Shown here one piece after another: positions 7,948-16,866 of a stretch of 32,000 nucleotides of DNA. Origin of the DNA: Pseudodesulfovibrio piezophilus C1TLV30 (GTDB lineage: Bacteria > Desulfobacterota > Desulfovibrionia > Desulfovibrionales > Desulfovibrionaceae). The number at the start of each line of letters is the position of its first letter. The first letter of the stretch is position 1. The stretch spans positions 2,940,001 through 2,972,000 of the forward strand of contig NC_020409.1 in the NCBI RefSeq assembly GCF_000341895.1. The letters run 5' to 3'. The notes under the pieces are model-generated. The model was not told the origin of the DNA. It saw nothing but the letters and a program-made list of their open reading frames with translations, and searched no databases. The translations under genes and the position numbers were made by a program.

Positions 7948-10341
7948 CTAGATCCAGGCGCGTTCCCGTATCTTGGCGACATTCAACCGCCCCTCCATAT
8001 ATTGGCTCAGTGCGGAGACAGCCCGGTCGGATGATCGAAAAACCGGGATATCCGCTTCGGTCAATGCATGGATGAACCGTTCATAATACAGCCCGGCATC
8101 CACCGAGCAGACAATGGGAGTGTTGGTCTCCGAAACCAGCGTTTTGAGGTGCGCCACAAGCATTGCATCGGTTGCCGGATTCTCATTTTCATCAGTAACG
8201 ACATTGAGCGATGGAGACATGGGCACCAGTCCCATGACGACGGCATCCACACTGGCATCATCACACAGGGCGCGTGCCGCGAGCGCATGGACTTCATCGT
8301 CAGCGGCAGGGGTTATATCCAGCGGATTTCTGACAGTGACAAGTGAATCCAGTCTCTTTTTTCGAAAGAGGTCGCTGAGTTTTTGCACTGTATCCGGGCA
8401 GAGTGGGGCCAACCTCATTTCAAAATCGTCGGATTCAATGGAGTCTGCCATACCCACTGCTTCAAATCCTGCTGATGAGAGTGCCGCCAGTCTGTTGCCG
8501 CGGATGGTTTTGCCGTTGAGACGCTGGGCAAGGGTGACGAGGTTTTGGAACTCGGTGAAATTGCGGGCCACAATAGCTCCGGCCTGTCTGACGCAGGACT
8601 CGCAGACCATGTAGTCCCCTGCCAGGGAAGCAGTGTGTCCGGCAGTGGCGTCTTTGCCTTCACGCGTACGCCCTGCCTTGTAGAAAATGACATCCTTGCC
8701 TGCCAAAACAGCCTCGCGAACGGCCTTGCAGAACGACAGCCCGTCAAGATCTTTAAATCCTTCTGCATAGATGGCAATGACATCCACATCGTCTGCGTTC
8801 TTGAAATAGGTCGCCATGTCTCCCAGCGTCAGGTCGTTCTGATTTCCCATGGAGATCATGTATGCCGGTTCAATTTCCGGGCATTGTGCCAGTCGGGTGA
8901 TCATGAATGCTCCTGACTGGGAAATGAGTGCAGCACGTTTGTATGGTTTTCCATGGGATTTTGGGAATTTGTTTTCCGGGATGAACCATGTGTCGTATGC
9001 GGCGGGGTGGGAGATGACGCCCATACTGTTGGCTCCCAGAAAAACAGGTCCGGTTCCGGCCTGATGTGCGGCGTCAATTTTCGCGGCGATCTCTGTAGCC
9101 CTCTCCTTGCTCTCTTCGGTTTCACCCATGCCACCGGGTATGAGCATCACGGCTTCGATCTTGTTCGCTTCAAGTATTTGGTCGACAAGTTCCGGCACCT
9201 GTGGGGCCGCAACTGCCACAACAAACAGATCCAGTGTGCCGGGAATAGACTTCAGGTCCGGGACGCATTGAACCCCGTCAATTTCATTTGTCCCGGTTTT
9301 GATGACAAAAATATTCTTCTTGTCAAATCCGGCATCGAGCACATTCTTGAGAATGATGCGTCCGAAATTCATGCGTTTGCTGGATACACCTATGATACCA
9401 ATTGTTTGAGGTCTTGTGATGGATTTGATTTTTCCTATCGGACGGGGCACTGGTTTGGCTTGAGGGAGAGAAAACTTGCAAAGCCCGTCAAGAGGGATCA
9501 TTAGAAAATCGGTGAAAGCAAAGGGGTTGATTTCCAATTCTTCGATGACAAAGGGAGCTTCGGGATTCATGGGAGAGAAATATCGGGCGACTTCAATGAA
9601 GGCGGAAAAGCATTCGATGATCTGTTCGTCCGTGACTATTCGCCGTTGCCCGCGGGTCAGCCCCGCCAACTTGCGGTAGGAGATGGTTTTTTTGAATTGC
9701 TCGAAAAACTGTGGACCGTCGATCATGTCGACGGAAGCAGCTACGATGGCTTGTCCCTTTCGAAAACGTTCGGCGTAGAGCTCGGTGTCAGTTCCCCCTA
9801 GTCCGGCACTGATGACTAAGCCAAACTCTCTCGTATTACGAAGGCCCACGATCAGTTCATTGCCGAAAGCCTCTGAATCGGGCGGCATGAATTGGACCTG
9901 AAGCACACCCTTGATGTCGTTGCTGATGGCGGCCACAAGGGTTTCTCCTGATAACCCCTTGTAGGCTTCAGGGGCAGCCTCGTGGTGGCGCTCGACCCAA
10001 AGGGCGAAATTTGTCGGGACATCATAGAGCATGCGCCGAATCGCGGACCGTACCTTATTGGGTTCCTTGTCCACCACCTTGACGCCTTCCACTTCCGTTT
10101 TATGCAAAATAGTGGGGGAGACTATCTTGAGTACGGCCTTGTCGCCGGGGAGTGACATGATTTCCTCATCGGAAAGATGTTCGCCACGCCCCATCAGGAT
10201 ACTTTGCGGTGGTGTTTCTGCTCCAAGATTGGAAAGGAAGTCGTATACTTCATATTCATAGAGAAAAGCGCGTCCTTCCTCATGGGCCTTTTGCAGGCAT
10301 CCGGTCAGGGCGTTAAAGTCGACACGTGTCTGAGGTTGCAT
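7948..10341 (-). CDS. acetate--CoA ligase (ADP-forming) family protein, fused ATP-grasp + CoA-binding + ligase domains (paralog 1)
   Basis: The ORF extends to 10395, but the ATG at 10341 has AAGGA 7 nt upstream and aligns with the start of paralog 2. Motifs seen are the ATP-grasp region (LKIVSPTILHKTEVEGV, GLGGTDTELYAERF), the CoA-binding fold (TIGIIGVSSKRMNFG) and the phospho-His loop (TAGHTASLAGDY). Confidence 0.85.
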   Translation of the reverse strand: MQPQTRVDFNALTGCLQKAHEEGRAFLYEYEVYDFLSNLGAETPPQSILMGRGEHLSDEEIMSLPGDKAVLKIVSPTILHKTEVEGVKVVDKEPNKVRSAIRRMLYDVPTNFALWVERHHEAAPEAYKGLSGETLVAAISNDIKGVLQVQFMPPDSEAFGNELIVGLRNTREFGLVISAGLGGTDTELYAERFRKGQAIVAASVDMIDGPQFFEQFKKTISYRKLAGLTRGQRRIVTDEQIIECFSAFIEVARYFSPMNPEAPFVIEELEINPFAFTDFLMIPLDGLCKFSLPQAKPVPRPIGKIKSITRPQTIGIIGVSSKRMNFGRIILKNVLDAGFDKKNIFVIKTGTNEIDGVQCVPDLKSIPGTLDLFVVAVAAPQVPELVDQILEANKIEAVMLIPGGMGETEESKERATEIAAKIDAAHQAGTGPVFLGANSMGVISHPAAYDTWFIPENKFPKSHGKPYKRAALISQSGAFMITRLAQCPEIEPAYMISMGNQNDLTLGDMATYFKNADDVDVIAIYAEGFKDLDGLSFCKAVREAVLAGKDVIFYKAGRTREGKDATAGHTASLAGDYMVCESCVRQAGAIVARNFTEFQNLVTLAQRLNGKTIRGNRLAALSSAGFEAVGMADSIESDDFEMRLAPLCPDTVQKLSDLFRKKRLDSLVTVRNPLDITPAADDEVHALAARALCDDASVDAVVMGLVPMSPSLNVVTDENENPATDAMLVAHLKTLVSETNTPIVCSVDAGLYYERFIHALTEADIPVFRSSDRAVSALSQYMEGRLNVAKIRERAWI

Positions 10342-10529
10342 GGATATATCCTTGTGTGCTTGAGCGGTTATGTCATACGATCCTATCTTAGGCATGACCG
10401 GAGAAGCAAGCGGTCTTCCCCCTGCAGACCGTAGTTCGTCGTAGAAAAGTTGCTTGCATAGTGCGAGGAAGGACGGTACTACGGGCCGCGTCGGGTCTTC
10501 TCCGGCAATTCACTTTTTCAGGAGCGCCC

Positions 10530-11627
10530 ATGTCACTCAGTATAGGAATCGTGGGGCTACCCAACGTCGGGAAGTCCACGCTGTTCAACGCCCTTACCAA
10601 GGCCCAGAATGCCGAGAGCGCTAATTACGCTTTCTGTACCATTGAACCGAACAAGGCTGTGGTTCCAGTGCCGGACCCTCGTATCGATGTCCTTGCCGGA
10701 TTGGTCAACCCTCAGCGTGTGCAACATTCTACCGTGGATTTTGTGGACATTGCCGGTCTTGTGGCCGGAGCCAGCAAGGGAGAAGGGCTTGGGAATAAAT
10801 TTCTCGGAAATATCCGGGAAACCCAGGCGATTCTGCATGTTGTCCGCTGTTTTGATAACGACGATGTGATTCATGTGGCCAATTCCGTTGACCCTCTGCG
10901 TGATATTGAAATCATCGAGACCGAACTCATCCTCGCGGATGTTCAGGTTCTCGAGAATCGTCTTGAGCGTATGCAGAAGATGCTTAAGGGAGATAAGAGC
11001 CTGGCACCGAAGATTGATGCCGCTCAAAAATTGATGGCTCACATGAATGAAGGTCTGCCCGCTGCGACATTCGGTGAAGAACTGAAGGGATTGGACGATC
11101 TGCTTGCTGAGTTGCACCTTATCACAGCCAAAAATGTTATCTACTGCGCCAATGTCGATGAAGACGGTCTGGCCGAGGATAACGCCTATGTCACCTCAGT
11201 TCGTGCACTGGCAGAAGAACGTGGTGGCGAGTTTGTCAAGATCTCAGCTCGGATGGAAGAAGAGTTGGTTGGCCTTGAAGACGAAGAGTATATGGAATTT
11301 ATGGAGTCCTACGGGATCGAGGAATCCGGTTTGGACCAGATCATTCGGACCGGCTTCAAGTCCCTCGGCCTCATCAGCTATTTTACTGCCGGAGTTAAGG
11401 AGGTCCGTGCCTGGACCATCCATGACGGCGACAAGGCTCCTCAAGCGGCAGGTGTCATTCATACTGACTTCGAGCGGGGTTTCATTCGGGCTGAAGTCAT
11501 TGGGTATGATCATTATGTCGAGCACGGTTCAGAAGCCAAATGCCGTTCCGTCGGAGTGCTGCGTGTGGAAGGCAAGGAATATATCATGAAAGACGGTGAC
11601 GTGGTTCACTTCCTCTTCAACGTCTAA
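10530..11627 (+). CDS. ychF: redox-regulated ATPase YchF
   Basis: [23 protein letters not shown] (P-loop), with [15 protein letters not shown] and the C-terminal HFLFNV. The track ORF starts at 10461. The ATG at 10530 has AGGAG 5 nt upstream and matches the canonical YchF N-terminus. Confidence 0.95.
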   Translation: MSLSIGIVGLPNVGKSTLFNALTKAQNAESANYAFCTIEPNKAVVPVPDPRIDVLAGLVNPQRVQHSTVDFVDIAGLVAGASKGEGLGNKFLGNIRETQAILHVVRCFDNDDVIHVANSVDPLRDIEIIETELILADVQVLENRLERMQKMLKGDKSLAPKIDAAQKLMAHMNEGLPAATFGEELKGLDDLLAELHLITAKNVIYCANVDEDGLAEDNAYVTSVRALAEERGGEFVKISARMEEELVGLEDEEYMEFMESYGIEESGLDQIIRTGFKSLGLISYFTAGVKEVRAWTIHDGDKAPQAAGVIHTDFERGFIRAEVIGYDHYVEHGSEAKCRSVGVLRVEGKEYIMKDGDVVHFLFNV

Positions 11628-11682
11628 GAGAGACTGTACCCGCATAAATCATTTGAGCGGTTTTGCGATGGGGAAAAATATT

Positions 11683-11720
11683 GAGACGCATTTCCAAGCA
11701 TGGGATGCGTCTCTTTTTTT
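11683..11720 (+). terminator. Rho-independent terminator of ychF
   Basis: gagacgcat (11683-11691) pairs perfectly with atgcgtctc (11705-11713) and is followed by seven T (11714-11720). Confidence 0.85.
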
Positions 11721-11851
11721 ATCTGATTTCAGGCGTTTTTTTGCTGCCGATTTGAAATGGTCAGCACTGGCATGCATGAAAAAACCGAAACCGGGCGCTT
11801 TTTAGACGCACGATTCCGGCTTGTTTGTCAGGGGACGCTGTTTCGGTGCGG

Positions 11852-13120
11852 CTAGTCGTCAAAGTCCCCTTTGGGACCTTTGTCGGTATCGATTTCAGCT
11901 GCTTTGGCTTTGATTTTTTCTTCAGTCCATTCAGCGGGGTCTTCTATACGTTCAGCTTTGGGGCCGAGGTCATGAGAGCCGGCTTCAAGGATGATGTCGT
12001 ATGCAATATCAGCGGTATCAGCGGCATTGAAGACATCCGTCAGCAGGTGGTAGACAAAATTTTCGACAGCAGTGGACATGCGTTCCCGAGTTGCCATGTC
12101 CTGGCCTTGCCAGCGGCGTTCAAAGGGCAGGTTGAGCTTCTTGTAGTTACCGCCTGAAATTCCATTGGCATCGGCATAGTCAACCATTTCATTCCAGAGA
12201 GCATCCTGTAATCCTTCACCGGAAACTTTGTCGAACTTGCCGTCGTCTGTCATACTTGCGTTGCCAAAGTCATTGACACGGACTCCCCAGCCGATCATCT
12301 GAAGGGCTGTGGCGACATTGGCCTTGGTCGTATGGGTCTTGGCCGCTATTTCCTTGAGCCGTGCAGAGTCATTGCCTGAGGTTCCGTGCTGGGCACCGGA
12401 GGTTCCATAGACAGTCAGTGCTTCATGGATGCTGGCAGTCAGGTCCACCTGGATACCTTCTCCTGAAGCCTCGATTCCATGGGTCGTCCCATTGTTGAGA
12501 GCTATCCAATCCGGACACAGTCCATGGGCATTCAGTCCCTGGCAGAGAAATTTGGCCTCTATCGGAGTGGAAAGGCCGAAGTCTCCCTTTATTTCACCAA
12601 TTTCGGTTTCGTATCCGGCCCAGGATGGGATGGAAGAGGAAACTTCAATATTGGCCAGCAGGTTAAGATCATCAGTCATGTGGGATGCATCGATGGCGAT
12701 GGAAGTGACGCCTGTATCGAACAGGGATGGAATCTCGGCCTTGGCGACGGCTACATCCTCCCACTTCTTCATGAAATAGTGATCCGCATGGACGGCAACA
12801 GGGATAGTTATGCCGAGTTTGTTGCACAGATAATCGACGCGGCGTGCCACGTTCCACAGAGTGGTTGGGCAGTATGTCGCTTCACTACGGGCTATTTCTA
12901 TTATGATGGCTGCATTTGCTCGTTGAGCAGCTTTGAGTGCGCCTTCGATGACAAATATATTTCGTCCGTTGGCAGCGATGGTCATGGCCTGTCCCTTCTG
13001 GATCATGGCGCGATCAATGACTTTTCCACTGACAATAAGTGCTTGGGAATGAGGGAAATTTTGTACGACGTTCGGCGGTCTACCGACGGCAAGAGCTTTC
13101 TTGAATGTATCTTGGGACAT
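11852..13120 (-). CDS. class II (fructose/ketose)-bisphosphate aldolase family protein, long form
   Basis: 422-aa ORF with AGGAGG 6 nt upstream. Aldolase class II signatures are present: AVHADH, NNGTTHG and GAQHGTSGN. The exact substrate cannot be determined by eye. Confidence 0.75.
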   Translation of the reverse strand: MSQDTFKKALAVGRPPNVVQNFPHSQALIVSGKVIDRAMIQKGQAMTIAANGRNIFVIEGALKAAQRANAAIIIEIARSEATYCPTTLWNVARRVDYLCNKLGITIPVAVHADHYFMKKWEDVAVAKAEIPSLFDTGVTSIAIDASHMTDDLNLLANIEVSSSIPSWAGYETEIGEIKGDFGLSTPIEAKFLCQGLNAHGLCPDWIALNNGTTHGIEASGEGIQVDLTASIHEALTVYGTSGAQHGTSGNDSARLKEIAAKTHTTKANVATALQMIGWGVRVNDFGNASMTDDGKFDKVSGEGLQDALWNEMVDYADANGISGGNYKKLNLPFERRWQGQDMATRERMSTAVENFVYHLLTDVFNAADTADIAYDIILEAGSHDLGPKAERIEDPAEWTEEKIKAKAAEIDTDKGPKGDFDD

Positions 13121-13319
13121 GCCCTTCCTCCTTCAGAGAAGTTGTTGTGCAGGATCAGTTTCGGTGCAACACCCAATTAAAACGAATTGTGCACAAAAGT
13201 CAAAATGCACGGAGAGGATTTTGCCGGATAATAACCCACATCGGCTCCCCTTGGTCGGCGCGGACACTGAGTCCAGCCAACCAAAAGGAGCCGAAGGAAG
13301 GATAAGGCGGAATGTGCAA

Positions 13320-13637
13320 CTACATTGTTGCTGCCTGCCGACGAACACGCTCTGACGTCTTGGTCTGTTGCGACCTGGCGGAGGACTCTACTCCCTCCAT
13401 CGGTAACAGCGTGTAGCCCAGTTCCCGGGCCATGAATTCGAGAATGGAGACGTTGTGCGTCGCCTTGACTATCTCGAACATGGTTTCCGCACCAAGCTTG
13501 GCATGGTTGTCAAAAGGGTTGAGTTCGCGAAGCAGTGTAGAGTACGGCTTCTTGATCTCCCGGCAAACCTCTTTCGCCGGGATTCTGCCTTCCAGAACGA
13601 TGTCCTGCATCTTCTTGGTCAGGTTTTTTTCAAACAT
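13320..13637 (-). CDS. phage 186 CII (CP76)-like small regulatory protein, paralog 1
   Basis: 105 aa. KPYSTLLRELNPFDNHAKLGAETMFEIV resembles the TLRNKLNP...-type helix-turn-helix core of CII/CP76 proteins as I remember them. About 58% identical to the ORF at 16397-16645 over about 76 aa. The G-rich RBS context AACATGTGGGGGG is shared with the paralog. Confidence 0.65.
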   Translation of the reverse strand: MFEKNLTKKMQDIVLEGRIPAKEVCREIKKPYSTLLRELNPFDNHAKLGAETMFEIVKATHNVSILEFMARELGYTLLPMEGVESSARSQQTKTSERVRRQAATM

Positions 13638-14068
13638 GTTTTACCCCCCACATGTTAGAATTTTCTGCCTTGTATGGAAAGTTACTCCTATTTTTCTTTT
13701 AGCGTCAACGAAAATTGAATTAATGGCGAAAGTTTTTTGTATATTGATGTAGCGTATATTGTATATATGGTTTTTATTCAGTGTGTTATGAAATAAATCC
13801 CTCCAAGAAAAAGGGGAAATGATCTTTCGCCTTTTGAAGGCAATCGGTTTGCCGGTATTTTCGTCAATGTCATTCGGAAGGTGTCGGTGTTCTTCAAAGA
13901 GGGAGGCGGTCTTTCTTATGAAAGAGAGAGAAAATGGAATGGGGAGGCTTGCCCATGGCTTTCATTGGGAAAGGAGGAAGTAAGAATGCCGGTCCTGCTG
14001 ATGGTTGTGCGGCTGACATCCATGCAGTGGGATACAAATCATTTGACCTGGATAGTCAAAGATTTTGC

Positions 14069-16074
14069 CTAAGGAGAAAGCGGCTTTGACGGTGGTTCGA
14101 GCACACTATGAAGCATGTCAAAAAGGGCACTTTTTTTCACCGGTTTGGGGAGGTGATCATCTGCCCCTGCTTCAAGGCATTTCTCCGCGTCTCCAGCCAG
14201 AGCGAAGGCAGTCATGGCGATAATGGGAACAGGGGCCAGGGTCTGTTCCTTTTCCCATTCCCGCATCAATTGAGTGGCCTCGTATCCGTCCATGATAGGC
14301 ATTTGGATATCCATGAGCACACAATCGTAGCCGCCTTGCTTGAATTCATCCAGACCGTCGGCACCGTTTTCACGGACCACCAGTTCGCATGGTGTGTTTT
14401 TGAGATATGTCTGAATGACAAAGGCGTTGTAATTTGAGTCCTCCAGCATCAGGATCTTGATCGGAGGAAGTTCCGGTTGAATCATCTCCGGTTTTGGAGC
14501 GTGGGAGACAGGGATGGAAGCGTGTGGGGCAGAAGCAAACCTGGCGGTAAAAAGGAAAGTACTACCCTTACCGTGAGAACTTTCCACCCATATGGTCCCA
14601 TCATTAGGACGAGTTGTTTGCTGATGGCAAGCCCGAGTCCAGTCCCTCCGTATTTTCTGGTCGTGGAGCTGTCAGCCTGAGTAAAGGAATCAAAAATAGT
14701 ATCAAGCTTGTCAGCAGGTATTCCGGTCCCGGTATCCTTGACGGAAAATTGCAGCATCACGCCTCCTTGGGGATCGGGTGTGCGCTCTACTTTCATGCTG
14801 ATGGATCCTTTTTCAGTGAATTTGACAGCGTTGCCAAGGAGATTGATGATGATCTGTCGGAGTCTGGTCGGGTCACCTGAGAGAGAATCGGGCACATCCT
14901 GAGCCAGGGAACAGGTGAATTTAAGCTCTTTTTGCTGGGCTTTAGGTTCGATGACGGTACATGCCTTGTCCAAGGTCTCACTTAGGCTGAAGTTGGTTTG
15001 TTCCAGTGAGAAGTGGCCGGCTTCGATTTTGGAAAGGTCGAGTATGTCATCAAGGATTTCCAGGAGACTGACTCCCGCTGATCGGAAAACCTGCACATAC
15101 CGCCCCTGGTCCGGGGTCAGTTCTGTCTCCCACAAAATATCAGCCATACCGAGAATGGCATTCATGGGGGTTCGTATCTCATGGCTCATGCTGGCCAGAA
15201 ATCGGCTCTTGGCAAGGTTGGCGACCTCAGCGGCCTGTTTAGCATTTTGCACATCTTCCAAAGCTTTGTTGAGTGAGGTGTTCTTCCGTTTCAACTCGTC
15301 TGTGCGTTCTTTGACAGTGTTTTCCAATGCATTTCTGTGGTCTTCCAGTCGTTCCTTTGATTCCTGAAGGTCTTCAATGAGATGTCTGACCGAATCTCGC
15401 ATATCGTCAATGGCCCGCGCCAAAGTTCCCATTTCACCCGGGAGTCGGGTGTCAATGGGAGCGTCCAGATCTCCGTCAGCAATGGCTGTGGCTGATTCTT
15501 CCAAAAGTTTGAGCGGGTTGAAGAGTCTTCGGCGTGAGAATGAAAGGGTGGTTTGAGAAATGGCCAGGATGAGGATCATTGAAAGGGCCAGAGTGCCGAC
15601 AGCATTGATGAGAATGTCGTGGCGAATGCCTTCCGTGGACATTGCCAGGTTGAATGTGCCGATCCATTCGCCATGCTTACGGATTTCGACTGTGCGGGTT
15701 CGAAATTTGTTCTTGCCGGTGAAATAGGTGAAAGGGTGCCCAGCGTATTGTGGACGAGCCTTGGAGGCCATTATTTCCCTGCCTGTAATGACCTGCGCAT
15801 AGATTACCGACGGATCGTGAAGAACAGCGTTAATGAAATCTTTGGCCGAAGCATGGTCAACCTGCCAAACGGATGTGGCAAGGCTGGTTTCTGCCAGGGC
15901 TGCGATACCGTCAACCTTACTCTTGACCTGGGCATTGAGGCGGTACGCATTGAAAATAATGATGGCGAGAGAGAAAAAGAGAACAACCGCTGTGATGATG
16001 ACGGTTTGCGCCAGAGCTGCCTTGCGACTGAGCGCGCTTGGGTGTGTTCGGCGTGCGGCTGTAGGAGTGCTCAT
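14069..16074 (-). pseudogene. hybrid sensor histidine kinase (TM-sensor-TM-HAMP-coiled coil-HisKA-HATPase-REC) with a broken reading frame
   Basis: The 530-aa ORF (16074-14482) has two TM segments, a HAMP domain, the H-box [18 protein letters not shown] and the G-boxes DTGTGI and [14 protein letters not shown]. It then degenerates into ...[12 protein letters not shown]. The expected continuation [19 protein letters not shown], plus a complete REC domain (KILMLED..LMDIQMPIMDG..LPKP), sits in another frame (14587-14069). The junction is GGA-CC-ATA-TGG at about 14594-14598, and one extra base there would restore a 668-aa protein. Confidence 0.8.
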
Positions 16075-16267
16075 GGCATCACTTTTGTCCAGGTTAATCT
16101 GTAATTATGTTTATCATATACGTTTTTCGTTTAAAATGCGCAAGGCAACTGTAGAAAATAGCATGTTCGTTACTGCCTTTTTTTGCCGGAATTAAGGGGA
16201 AGGGGAAAGGGGACAGCTTCACGCCATATGAGCGATGCAGCTTTTGGCCAATTCTTAGGAAAACACA

Positions 16268-16319
16268 GAAAAAGCGCTTATCTGAGCACGCTGTGGTATG
16301 TTCAGGTAAGCGCTTTTTA
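16268..16319 (-). terminator. bidirectional Rho-independent terminator downstream of CII-like paralog 2
   Basis: agcgcttatctga (16273-16285) pairs with tcaggtaagcgct (16302-16314), giving 13 bp with one G-U pair. It is flanked by A5 on one side and T5 on the other. A second inverted repeat, tttgcagatt/aatctgcaaa at 16328-16337/16371-16380, lies right after the stop codon. Confidence 0.7.
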
Positions 16320-16396
16320 AAAATAGGTTTGCAGATTGTCTGTGAGGGAGGCCTGTCCTTCTTGCTTTCGAATCTGCAAATGAAAATTCACTTGAC

Positions 16397-16645
16397 CTAG
16401 GCTGTACCTGTGTCCAGGTCATACCCCATCTCCATGGCCATGAATTGCAAAGGACGGATGTCGTCGGTCACTTTCATGATTTCAAGGAGTGTTTCAGCGC
16501 CGAGTTTGGCGCTGGCATCAAAGGGATTGATTTCGCGCATGAGAGTCGAATAGGGTTTGTTTATTTTTTCAGCCACAACTTTTGCCTGGATACCACTGTC
16601 GAGAATGCAATCCTGAACCACTTTGGTTACGTTCCTATCAAACAT
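16397..16645 (-). CDS. phage 186 CII (CP76)-like small regulatory protein, paralog 2
   Basis: The track ORF starts at a GTG at 16657. The ATG at 16645 gives MFDRNVTKVVQD..., which is colinear with MFEKNLTKKMQD of paralog 1, and has GGAGGG 6 nt upstream. The core KPYSTLMREINPFDASAKLGAETLLEIM is conserved. Confidence 0.7.
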   Translation of the reverse strand: MFDRNVTKVVQDCILDSGIQAKVVAEKINKPYSTLMREINPFDASAKLGAETLLEIMKVTDDIRPLQFMAMEMGYDLDTGTA

Positions 16646-16705
16646 AGTGCCCTCCACATGTTTTGATTGCCTGAGCTGTTGCTTAAGAAAAGGTATTATT
16701 TGTTT

Positions 16706-16721
16706 AGCAATAGCTATGCCA
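16706..16721 (-). promoter_or_regulatory. sigma-54 (-24/-12) promoter of CII-like paralog 2
   Basis: The minus strand reads TGGCAT-AGCTA-TTGCT, with the exact GG-N10-GC spacing and 9 of 10 consensus positions of TGGCAC-N5-TTGCW. The predicted TSS near 16695 gives a leader of about 50 nt before the ATG at 16645. Confidence 0.7.
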
Positions 16722-16800
16722 TGAGGGTGTTATTTTGTTTATAGTATGCAAAACCTAATGGTTATAAAAAATATAAACAGAAGTTGAGAAAAACATGAAA

Positions 16801-16866
16801 TGCGATACATGTCGCATTGCGACATGCTGCGACATATGTTGCAACTAAAGTGTTGCATTGCGACAT
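16801..16866. promoter_or_regulatory. array of TGCGACAT / ATGT(C/T)GCA half-sites (candidate upstream activator sequence)
   Basis: TGCGACAT occurs at 16818-16825, 16828-16835 and 16859-16866. The inverted copy ATGTCGCA is at 16809-16816. There is a near-palindrome TGCGACATATGTTGCA at 16828-16843 and a degenerate TGCGATACAT at 16801-16810. The array is centred about 115 bp upstream of the -24 element, with an AT-rich spacer between them. Confidence 0.55.

Noticed and set aside
10461-10529. N-terminal extensions offered by the ORF track for ychF (from 10461), glnS (to 19888), the TetR gene (to 17844), ACD paralog 1 (to 10395) and CII-like 2 (to 16657)
   Set aside because: In each case an internal start codon has a better Shine-Dalgarno and matches the canonical or paralogous N-terminus. 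The extensions carry no conserved sequence, and the TetR extension overlaps its own operator.
16173-16189. Sigma-54-like CCGGCA-A7-GGCAG on the minus strand upstream of the histidine kinase
   Set aside because: The spacing between GG and GC is again 9 nt, and the -12 region lacks TTGC.
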